A DNA stretch of 64,000 nt from Octopus sinensis (taxonomy: Eukaryota), in contig NC_042998.1 of NCBI RefSeq assembly GCF_006345805.1, positions 152,334,001 to 152,398,000 on the forward strand, given 5' to 3'. Position numbers and translations under genes: made by a program. The first letter of the stretch is position 1, and each line of letters opens with the position of its first letter. The notes below the pieces were generated by a model, which was given only the letters and a program-made list of their open reading frames with translations, searched no databases and was not told the origin of the DNA. This document shows positions 53,381-64,000 of the stretch, piece by piece.

Positions 53381-54675
53381 TGTCGTTCACAAAAAATTCT
53401 GCGTTTGCAATACTTTTTTCGTTCGGCGTCAACAGCCCTTCTTATCTTGTTTTTCCCTGTCCTTTTACTGTTTATATTTTTGTACTGTCGTTACTGTCCT
53501 GTTTTTTTACCATTTTTTACCCCTCTGCGAAAAGATCTCAGAATTTTAATTGATTTTCTTTTCGCAGGAAGGAAAGTTTCGCTTTTATCCTTCGAAACGT
53601 AGAGTAGATGAAACCATAGCGACTGAAGAAGGGATTTTTTCTTTGTGTTAATTGTCCTGTACTCCATTTTTTGTTGTTTTTAAAAAAATGTCCAGTTCCT
53701 TTGGTTTGTCTCTATGTTTTCGTTTCTCCTTGTGTTCGACGTCCCTTTGGTGTCCTGTACTCATATATGCGTGTATATGTACATGTAGAGGTAGGTACGT
53801 ACATATATGTTTATATATGCATATGTTTTATTTCATTTATTAATATATTATATGACTAAACGCACGCACCCCCTTAAGTAAGATTTTTCTGTATATCAAG
53901 TTTTGGTCTTGATATTAACTCTGACGCGCACTCTTCACCTTTCTGTCCCATCCCTATTCTTTGATTTTCTTTTTCCTCTACTTAACTTGTCTCTTCCTCC
54001 TCTCTCATTCATCACTCTCTCTCTCCCCCTCACAATTCTTCATGGTTTCCTCGCAGCCATTCCCCTTCTTCTCTCCCTTCCTCTTGCTCCTCCTCTCCCC
54101 TTTCCGTCGTCCACCCGCGACGATACTTCCGCTCTGACTGTCTTTATGGCCTGGCCTTTCAAAGTAACTGGACGACATTCTTCCTGCTCCCCTGTCGTTC
54201 ACAAAAAATTCTGCGTTTGCAATACTTTTTTCGTTCGGCGTCAACAGCCCTTCTTATCTTGTTTTTCCCTGTCCTGTCTTTTACTGTTTATATTTTTGTA
54301 CTGTCGTTAATGTCCTGTTTTTTTACCATTTTTTTACCCCTCTGCGAAAAGATCTCAGAATTTTAATTGATTTGCTTTTCGCAGGAAGGAAAGTTTCTTG
54401 TCGAAGATACGTCTCGCTTTTATCCTTCGAAACGTAGAGTAGATGAAACCATAGCGACTGAAGAAGGGGTTTTTTCTTTGTGTTAATTGTCCTGTACTCC
54501 ATTTTTTGTTGTTTTTAAAAAATGTCCAGTTCCTTTGGTTTGTGTCTATGTTTTCGTTTCTCTTTGTGTTCGACGTCCCTTTGGTGTCCTGTACTCATAT
54601 ATGCGTGTATATGTACATGTAGAGGTAGGTACGTACATATATGTTTATATATATGCATATGTTTTATTTCATTTA

Positions 54676-54685
<10 letters not shown>
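53381..54685 (+). repeat. Partial tandem duplication (about 470-490-bp block, period 812) ending in (TA)n; pseudo-LTR-like
   Basis: 53381-53847 repeats at 54193-54685; copy 1 lacks the ~18-bp ttgtcgaagatacgtctc segment. Confidence 0.85.
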
Positions 54686-54741
<56 letters not shown>

Positions 54742-54780
54742 TAAATAAAATAATCGAGTCGAACGAAGATGTTAACAAAC

Positions 54781-54876
54781 TTCCTTACTCTCGACATATG
54801 TTTCGAAGACAACATGGTTTCATTCCAAAGGAATAAAGGGTGCAAGATGCAATCTTCTCATCAGGAAAGAAAGGGA
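54781..54876 (-). ncRNA. Type I hammerhead ribozyme in the inverted pseudo-LTR
   Basis: Minus strand reads ucccuuucuuuc-CUGAUGA-gaagau...gucuuc-GAAA-CAUAUG-UC-gagaguaaggaa. Confidence 0.8.
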
Positions 54877-55059
54877 GCCTCTCTCAACAACAAGACAAAC
54901 AAAAATTTTGATGACTGCCTACATAGTAAACAAAACGACAATAAGTGTTTTAAAAAAAGCGTTAGAAGAATTGACGTCTAAGTTAGATAGTAGGAAGAGA
55001 AGGGTTAAAGAAATAATAGGTAGGGAACAAGTGGAGAGGGAAGGGTACGTTGATTAAAA

Positions 55060-55941
55060 CATTTCAAATCAAAAATACAGAAGGTTAAGAACAGATTAGT
55101 TAGGTTTTTTAGTAGAATGGGCTTGCGCATCGTTTTTGACGATGAGTTAATTAAAGCCAACTTCTTAGACATTACCCTCAATTTACAGAATAACTTATAC
55201 TTCCCTTATCATAAACCTTCCACAAATCTTAAGTATATTAGCCTTTACAGTAATCATGCTAGGCCAGTTACCGATAATTTAGTCAAAAACATATCTCTGA
55301 GACTGTCTAAATTATCTGCCAATGTTGACATCTTTAACCAAAAGGCAGACTTCTATAACGCCGCCTTGTTAAAAGCCGGCTATAAGGAGAAAGTATCATA
55401 CATCGATTCAGCTCATTCTAAACCAACATCTGCTTCTCCAGATAGAATAGTTACTTGTAATAGGAATAGTGATTTTAATTCTAATAGTGCAAGCAGCCCT
55501 ATATATAATATAAATTCCTTACGGACCAGGGGAGGTAAGCGCCGTTCAACCTCAAATTTCCAACCCAGAAATTTTCCCCTTACTTTCACAAATAACACTA
55601 CGTACAATTCAAAGGTCACTAAAAACTGTATCTGGTTCGTAATACCTTTCGGAAAACAAATTAAATCGAATCTTCCCTTGCAGTTCCGTGAAGCCGTTGC
55701 TAGGAACTTTCCCAAAAATTCTAGATATTATTCTATTATCAATTCCCACATAGTTAGAATCGCTTTCTCTAACACTAGAAATCTTTCACAAATTATATCT
55801 TCTCACAATACCAAGCTGCTAAATAAAGATTCTTCACCCGGGAGTTCCAGCATTAATCTTGCTAATTCCAACCCATCATACAATCATAATAATAGGAATA
55901 GTATTAATAGTAATATTTCTTTACTACCCACAAGGGGCTAA
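55060..55941 (+). pseudogene. PLE ORF, RT thumb/linker part (RT catalytic core lost by 5' truncation; stop codon supplied by a SINE insert)
   Basis: Open frame from 55060; NFLDITLNL, PYHKP, SNH, YNAALLKAGY and IWFVIPF..NFPKNS..SSHNTKLL are PLE linker motifs. Confidence 0.85.
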
Positions 55942-55984
55942 ACACAGAGGAGACAAACAAGGCGTAACTGGTACTTATGAACTC
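55915..55984 (-). mobile_element. 70-bp doubly deleted SINE insert with 6-bp TSD (agtaat)
   Basis: Minus strand gagttca/taagtaccagttacgc/cttgtttgtctcctctgtgtttagccccttgtgggtagtaaagaaat equals three separated blocks of the 29211-29426 SINE; agtaat at 55909-55914 and 55985-55990. Confidence 0.8.
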
Positions 55985-55990
55985 AGTAAT

Positions 55991-56632
55991 AGCCATGGTA
56001 GTAGTGATAGTGTTAACAATGATGATAATAATAGTATTAGTCGTGTTAATAACAATGGTAATGTTAATGGTAATAACAATAACGGTATTGTTGTTGATGG
56101 TATTATTGGTTGTATTACCATTAATAATACTAATAATAATAGGAATAGTGTAGTTGTTGGCGCTAATAATAATAGTAATAACAATCATAGCAATAAAAAC
56201 TTCGTTTCGATCTCGGAGGACAACCCCAACAGAATTAAATTTTTGTCTAGTAATTCTAAGATTAAGAATTCTATTTACCAGTGTAGAATCTCTTCCGGTA
56301 CCGATGTCTTCTTCTATATAGGAGCGTCCACTTCCCAGTTATCCAAGAGGATTTCAAACCATTATTCAACATTCAGGGATAGTAAAAAACGACATAGTAC
56401 AGGACTAAGTAAATTAGTTTGGCGTCTTAAAGACAATAATAAAGATTTTAAGTTAGATTGGTTCATACTATCTGTATCCTTTCCTTTTGATAAGGGCAGG
56501 AGATTTTGTAACATTTGCAACTCTGAACTCTTCCATATTCTCTTCTCTAAGGACCCCCTTGTAAACACACTCATAGAGAAATCGTACAAATGTAAACACT
56601 GGCAGAAACATACTTTTTACTCATATAAATGA
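55991..56632 (+). pseudogene. PLE ORF, Asn-rich linker plus GIY-YIG endonuclease
   Basis: NSIYQC..YIG..KR..NH..F..STGLSK.VW.LK..CNIC.SE motifs; in frame with 55060 once the SINE and one TSD are removed. Confidence 0.85.
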
Positions 56633-56900
56633 TTACGATAGTCATTGTGGTTTGAACAATTAGCTTAACGTACACTCCACTTCGATAGCGAAATTCTTTC
56701 CTAAGCATTTGAACATTCTTTTAATCAACGTACCCTTCCCTCTCCACTTGTTCCCTACCTATTATTCCTTTAACCCTTCTCTTCCTACTATCTAACTTTG
56801 ACGTCAATTCTTCTAACGGTTTTTTTAAAACACATATTATCGTTTTGTTTACCATGTAGACAGTCATCGAAATTTTTGTTTGTCTTGTGTTGAGAGAGGC

Positions 56901-56996
56901 TCCTTTTCTTTCCTGATGAGAAGATTGAATCTTTCACCCTTTATTCCTTTGGAATGAAACCATGTTGTCTTCGAAACATATGTCGAGAGTAAAGGA
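56901..56996 (+). ncRNA. Type I hammerhead ribozyme in the PLE 3' pseudo-LTR
   Basis: uccuuuucuuuc-CUGAUGA-gaagau[..]gucuuc-GAAA-CAUAUG-UC-gagaguaaagga. Stem I has 11 of 12 pairs, stem II is 6 bp, and stem III is the palindrome ACAUAUGU. GUC cleavage predicted after 56984. Confidence 0.85.
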
Positions 56997-57192
56997 ATTT
57001 TGTTAACATCTTCGTTCGACTCCATTCTTTTATTTATTCATTTATAACACACAAATTTCTGCACATGAACCCGGAGTTTCTACCCTTGGACAGGTCGCTT
57101 CAACCGTGTTTCTGACGTGAATTTGCTACCCTGGTATCGGTTCATCGAATTTTCCATGGTGACGATAAACATAGGATAATTCATTCACCTAT

Positions 57193-57235
<43 letters not shown>

Positions 57236-57238
<3 letters not shown>

Positions 57239-58853
57239 TTGCGGCCAAAATGTTCAGAACGGCATTGTTTTCGTCAGAAAAGTAAGTATAAGTTTTTATT
57301 AAAATTGTTTTATATTCTATAATTTTCACAGACAATAAATACAATAGTAATTGGTATTGTCTGAGATTTTGGTGTAATTTAAGTGGATGATACAAAAGTT
57401 ATGGATGATATAGTGATTTACTGCAAAACCCATGGTGGCCAAAATGATCAGAACGGTTGAAAAAATAACAAAATAATCAAAAAGTGACAGAGAATGCTGG
57501 AATTATTTCATATTTAGTGTGAAGCCCTTTAGCTTCAATCAAAGTTTGACATTTTTGACTGCATGGGGAAATTAAATTTTCAATTTCTTGCTAGGTGATC
57601 TTATTCCATTCTTCCTGAAGGGCATTCCATAATTGCTCGGTTGTTTTAGGATTTCTGGCTTTCAAACGTTCTCCTAGAATATTCCACACATTTTCAATAG
57701 GATTGAGGTCTGGGCTTTGAGCAGGCCAATCCATAACAATAACCTTTTCAGCCTTGAGGAATTTCATGAGCCCCTTAGCCTTGTGACATGGGGCATTGTC
57801 CTGCATGAATATGTGTGGTCGCTTAGTTGAATTTCTCCGCACAGGCAAGACATGATCTTTTACAAGTTGTTTATAAACTCCTGCATTTACCTTTCCATGT
57901 AATCGCACCAAAGGGCCCACAACATCTCCAGATATCATCCCCCAAACCATGACACTTCCTCCACCGAATTTAACACTAGTCTTAAGGCATTTAGGTGACA
58001 ATTTTTCACCTACTTTTCTACGAACGTACCTTTTCCCATCTGAGCCAAATAACATAGACTTAGATTCATCACTGAAATGCACCGTTTGCCATTTTTCTTG
58101 AGACCACAACACCTGTTCGGTTGCAAAGGTAAGACGATACTTTTTATTCTTGGAGCTGATCAGTGGCTTCACTGCAGGTGCTCTTGCTTGTAGGTCATGT
58201 TCAACTAAAGGACGAGACACAGTTTTTCGAGATAAAGTTTTCTTCAGTACAATGCTCATTTCCCGAAAAACAGCAGCAGCAGTTTTAAATCTGTCCTTTT
58301 TAACCAACTTTACCATAGCACGATCTTCTGTCTTGGTCGTTTTTCTTGGCCTACCTGTAGACTGTCTTGCTTCACACGAACCACAATCATCGTAGACCTT
58401 AATAATACCGTGAACAACACTTTTTGACTTGTTAATAATCTTTGCAATAGACCTAATACTTACATTATCCTTCTTTCGAAGCTTAATAATCTGCTGACGA
58501 ATTGGTAACGGAGTAAGTGGCATTATATTAACAAAGTACACTGCAGATATTCTTACTACTGTTTAGTAAACGAAGTGTCACGTAAACAAATTCAAAACAT
58601 TAGAGTTCGACGGTTAAATATACTAAAGCATGGAGTAAAAGCAACCGTTTTGGCCGCCATGGGTTTTGCAGTAATTCACTAAATCATCCATAACTTTTAT
58701 TATCCTCTCAAATTACACCAAAATCTCAGACAATAACAAAAAATATTGTATTTATTGTCTGTGAAAATTATAGAATATAAAACAACTTTGATAAAAACTT
58801 ATATCTACTTACTGACGAAAACAATGCCGTTCGGAACATTTTGGCCGCAACTG
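57236..58853 (-). mobile_element. Near-intact Tc1 (DD34E) transposon with IR/DR-type long TIRs
   Basis: TA|CAGTTGCGGCCAAAATGTTC ... GAACATTTTGGCCGCAACTG|TA; TIRs about 210-225 bp, with an inner repeat tggccaaaatgatcagaacgg at 57436-57456. Confidence 0.95.
57591..58541 (-). CDS. Tc1-family transposase (DD34E), truncated by a premature TAG about 27 codons before the expected end
   Basis: HTH region, GRPRKTT, HFSDES, VKFGGGSVMVWG, MQDNAPCH, WPAQSPDLNPIENVW (34 residues between D and E). Read-through gives QEIENLIS..QKCQTLIEAKGLHTKY. Confidence 0.9.
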   Translation of the reverse strand: MYFVNIMPLTPLPIRQQIIKLRKKDNVSIRSIAKIINKSKSVVHGIIKVYDDCGSCEARQSTGRPRKTTKTEDRAMVKLVKKDRFKTAAAVFREMSIVLKKTLSRKTVSRPLVEHDLQARAPAVKPLISSKNKKYRLTFATEQVLWSQEKWQTVHFSDESKSMLFGSDGKRYVRRKVGEKLSPKCLKTSVKFGGGSVMVWGMISGDVVGPLVRLHGKVNAGVYKQLVKDHVLPVRRNSTKRPHIFMQDNAPCHKAKGLMKFLKAEKVIVMDWPAQSPDLNPIENVWNILGERLKARNPKTTEQLWNALQEEWNKIT

Positions 58854-58929
58854 TATACATATATATGTATGTATATATATACATATGTATATGTATGTAC
58901 ATATATATGTATATATATATTATACTTTT

Positions 58930-59140
58930 ATGTGTTTGTGTTTGTGCATGTTTGTCCCCCAACGTTGTTTGAAAACTGATGTTGGTGTGTTTGCGTCCAC
59001 GTATGTTAGCTGTTCGGCTGAAGTAACTCATAGAATAAGCACCAGGCTTACGGGGAATAAGTCCAGCGGTTGATTTCTTCGACTAAAGGATGGTGCTGCA
59101 GGATGGCCACCGTCAAATGATTGAAACAAGTAAAAGAATA
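58930..59140 (+). mobile_element. CORE-type SINE 3' part, decayed
   Basis: Similar to 26750-26965 (..gatggtgctgcaggatggccaccgtcaaatgattgaaacaagtaaaaga). Confidence 0.65.
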
Positions 59141-59404
59141 AATGAGTATCAGAAGAACTGTCCGTACCACTAAACCAAGGTTCTTTGAATAAATACGATG
59201 TATTTTGAAGCTAAATAGTAAATGTTTACGTTTGCGTAACTGTGATATTTTGGTTGGATTATATAGTTATCGGTTCTACACTTCTTTCTATATTCTGTAA
59301 CTGTCAATATATAGAAACATTTCTCATGGCACCAGCACACAATTTACAGACTTTTCAATATTTTTTCCGTGAGTTTTTCACGGGTCCAGCTGGTTACTTA
59401 TAAT

Positions 59405-59847
59405 TGAGGGTACACAAAGTACCAGCGTTGCTAGAAATAAGAGTCGAAAAGTACTCGAATAAGCCACCATTTCACTGAAAATACAATAGGCTGACGAAAA
59501 TCGAGGGACGAGCAAAATTTAACATGCGGCTGAAAGTCGCAAATGCAGATCGCAGCTATTCCTATACAACGTGGTAAATGCAGCTATTCCTATACAACGT
59601 GGTTTCGAACTTTGAGATATTTCCCTTAGTTCTCAAAAGTAGGTCTCGCTGTTAGGCTAATATCTCAAAGTTCGAAATCGCGTGATATGGGGATATCTGT
59701 GATCCACATTTGCGACTTTCAGCCGCAAGTTTAATTTTGCTCGTCCCTCGATTTTCGTCAGAGTGTTGTATTTTCAGTGAAATTGTGGCTTATTTGAGAA
59801 TTTTTCGACTCTTATTTCTAGCAACGCTGGTACTTTGTGTACCCTCA
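59405..59847. repeat. Long diverged fold-back / MITE-like element (about 200-bp arms)
   Basis: tgagggtacacaaagtaccagcgttgctagaaataagagtcgaaaa... versus ...ttttcgactcttatttctagcaacgctggtactttgtgtaccctca; the left arm has an internal ~28-bp tandem duplication. Confidence 0.9.
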
Positions 59848-59878
59848 CTTATAATTAATAATTAATTATAAATTTATA

Positions 59879-59914
<36 letters not shown>

Positions 59915-60469
59915 TGTATGTATGTATGTATGTTTGTATATACAGAACAAAACAAAGTAAACAGCGAAAAAGATATAAAAAGAGAGAAAATTATAAATTA
60001 TCAGTAAAACCTATCACCAAATATGAGCAAAAAAGGTGTTAAATTAAAATGATGGAAATTTTTATTGCTTTATCTATTTCTTTATTCATTTATCGCTTGC
60101 CTACAAAAACTTATATCAATAAAATATGTCAAAAGGGTGCATTTGTCTATATAAATAAATATATATAACACATATTTTGTATATATCAATATGCATATAT
60201 GTGTGTATGTATGTGCGTGAACATATTATATATACACATATATACACATAAACATATTTATAAATACATTTATGAATATCTCAAAAATGAATGTGTTGTC
60301 GTAGGTATAAGCAGTGTGGGATGACAAACAGCCCCGCATATCCTAACATACAAACATTTACTTATTCATTCCCAGACACAGATATAAACATAAGCACACA
60401 CACACACACACATACATACTATATGTGTGTGTGTATATGTGTGGGTATGTGTTTTGCGTATGTGCTTAG

Positions 60470-60640
<171 letters not shown>

Positions 60641-60666
60641 GGTAGGTACATATACAGATGTATATA

Positions 60667-62386
60667 TCTCTATATATAAAACTGAGAATGTGTGTCTGTC
60701 TGTATGTCTGTCTGTGTGTTTCTCTAAAGCTTGAGAACTACACATCCAATTTCATTCAAACTTTACACATGCCTTACTTAGGATCCGGGGAGTGTCATCG
60801 GCAAAAAATTTGAACTTTTTGCCTAGGGCGAGCCCACAGCAATATCATATCTTCTCCACTACGATTCCCTAAAATTTGAGAACTACACAACCAATTTCAT
60901 TCAAATTTTACACATGCCTTACTTAGGGTCCATGTAGTTTCATGGGCAAAAAAATTTTCAACTTCTTGCCTTGGGCGAACCCATAGCAATATCATATCTT
61001 TTCCACTATTTCCGTATTACGTGTTAAAAGTGAAACAAAAACATTTCTCTATTTTATGTCATATACTTTCACTTTAACAATAAAAATTAGAGATAATAAT
61101 AACAATTGAATTATACGTAGTAAGTAATAATTAAAATCAAACTAAAGTATAATATAATCGTAACATAACAAAAGTAAAAATAGCAATTGGTATAAAATTG
61201 CGTCAATGACTTGAACTTGAATAAGTGGTTTCACATGAATGGGAATAAATTAAAAATAAAATTAGTGTGCAGAAATGGAATAGTCCAGATGGAGCTGTGC
61301 ACATACCGTTTACCACGGCTTTTATATTAGATTATCTGCTAATTGGCTAGCATTAAGTATCTATATAAAGTTTGGCTGTATGTAATGTCTGTTTTCTCGA
61401 ACAGCCGCTTCTACTGAGTACTGCTGTTGGTTTATTTCTTATACATAAAGGACTATAGCTTCAACTGCGTACTGCTTTTTGATTCACTGTAAAGTTTGTT
61501 GTTATTATTATTACCGTTTAACTATTGTTATCACGTTTGTTGGTTCCTCGTAAGGGAAACGTTGTTGTGTTGCATTTGTTAAATAATTGTAAACTGTAAC
61601 CCTCCACCTTTGGGGGAAGGACCTTTGGTTATTGTTTAAAAATTGAATTGTGTCCCTGTTTGGGGAAATTGACAATATTTTCACCGTTTATACGGAAGCA
61701 TTTTTGTTAGAATGCCTTCGATAGAAGAAAGTCCAAAAATGAATTTCGCTGCAGCTGTCGGCGGGCGCGAACTCATTAAAATTAAAATGGAAGAAATACA
61801 AACTTATTTCGGATTGATCACCGACAAAGACGGTGAATCTAGGATAACACTACCAAACGAAATAAAAAATTAAATTAAAGAAAAGACTATTGTCTATAAA
61901 GTATACAATGTAGAGAGAAAATAAGATTTGAACACCTGGAGGAAAGCACCATCGAAAAGTGTCTTGGTGCGACTATGAAAGATATCTAACCAGAGGCCAC
62001 AATAGAAGCAAGGTTCGAGCCAAGGGAGTACTCGACTCGAACCTTGCAAAGTGGAAATATTTTATTTTTACCTTTATATCTGGGACGTCCCGGATAAAAA
62101 TTTAAAATATCCCCCCAGAAGTAGAGGTAGGCTGGATTGTAGCCACACTTCTATACAAGAGGGAGGACAAGATACAATTGATCGAAATTGCAAGAGACGG
62201 GCCTACAATTCCAGTCTGTTACATATTTTGAGTATAGTTATCACTAGCGATATCAAGATATAACTTTGTATTTTGTATTTTATGTGTAGATGTATATATA
62301 TAGATGTACATGTAATATGTACACATATATATACACATAATACATGCACTAGCACTATGACCCGGCAACGACGGGTCATAATGCTA

Positions 62387-62387
<1 letters not shown>
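60667..62387 (+). mobile_element. Non-autonomous Helitron with internal ~145-bp tandem repeat and LINE-derived cargo
   Basis: 5' A|TCTCTATATATAAAACTGAG; 3' hairpin tatgacccg-gcaacga-cgggtcata then CTAG|T; repeats at about 60725-60860 and 60870-61010. Confidence 0.75.
61712..62230 (+). pseudogene. 5' part of a LINE ORF1 (same class as 31450-32760) inside the Helitron
   Basis: MPSIEESPKMNFAAAVGG..; frameshifted NIPPEVEVGWIVATLLYKREDKIQLIEIAR aligns by eye with VPPELEEAWLMTAIMYNMEDGARILKATR. Confidence 0.65.
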
Positions 62388-62442
<55 letters not shown>

Positions 62443-62463
62443 TTATACATATATACATATTTG

Positions 62464-62502
<39 letters not shown>

Positions 62503-62599
62503 TTACACACATATACATATATATATATATATATGTGTGTGTATTTATATATGTATGTATGTATATATGTATATATGCATACAGACAAACATACATACG

Positions 62600-62665
<66 letters not shown>

Positions 62666-62735
62666 GATATACATACATACATATATACAGACACATATAC
62701 ACATATATATGTATAAATATATATATACGTATATG

Positions 62736-63799
<1,064 letters not shown>

Positions 63800-64000
63800 C
63801 AAAGTGAAGTTGTAGGGTACCGCACGAGTGGAATTATATACGAAAGAAGGTTTGAAAATGCAATTTTAAAAGATGTTTATTTACTTTACCGGTTTCACTC
63901 TTTGGAAAAAGATTGCCAAAAGTAACATGTAGAAGTTTGGTTGCGTTAATTATTGGTTGTTACAAAATGCTGCATTACATATATACAGTCTTTGGTAACA

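Larger units (their letters stand above)
54737..57195 (+). mobile_element. 5'-truncated Penelope-like element with an inverted 323-bp pseudo-LTR head, inserted between (TA)n arrays
   Basis: 54737-55059 is the reverse complement of 56719-57041. The PLE frame starts exactly at the junction (55060: HFKSKIQKVKNRLVRFFSRMGLRIVFDDELIKANFLDITLNL..YFPYHKP..SNH..). GIY-YIG reads IYQC..FFYIGASTSQLSKRISNHYSTF..STGLSKLVWRLK..FCNICNSE. Confidence 0.92.

Overview
AT-rich, microsatellite-dense, non-genic animal DNA. The tRNA-derived and CORE-type SINE families suggest an octopus (coleoid cephalopod); this is an inference. I recognise no host protein-coding exon, rRNA, tRNA or CRISPR array, and most ORFs in the track are microsatellite translations. 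The window is a nest of transposable elements: five Penelope-like element (PLE) pieces, three R4/Dong-type and several RTE and L1/Tx1-like LINE pieces, five Tc1/mariner elements plus a mariner fragment (one near-intact DD34E Tc1), three Helitron-type non-autonomous elements and many SINEs. The most interesting signal is not in the ORF track: several mutually unrelated type I hammerhead ribozyme (HHR) motifs that fold by hand. They occur in a 456-bp tandem unit (168-249 and 624-705, minus strand), in a ~565-bp non-coding unit with an inverted head (63513-63575), in both inverted pseudo-LTR arms of a 5'-truncated PLE (54781-54876 and 56901-56996), and as variant or degenerate cores at 27167 and 18584. 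Around them is a series of fold-back inverted duplications, mostly abutting (TA)n arrays. Together these suggest a retrozyme/PLE-like, ribozyme-processed, microsatellite-inserting retroelement system. All folds and alignments were done by eye, and no database searches were run.
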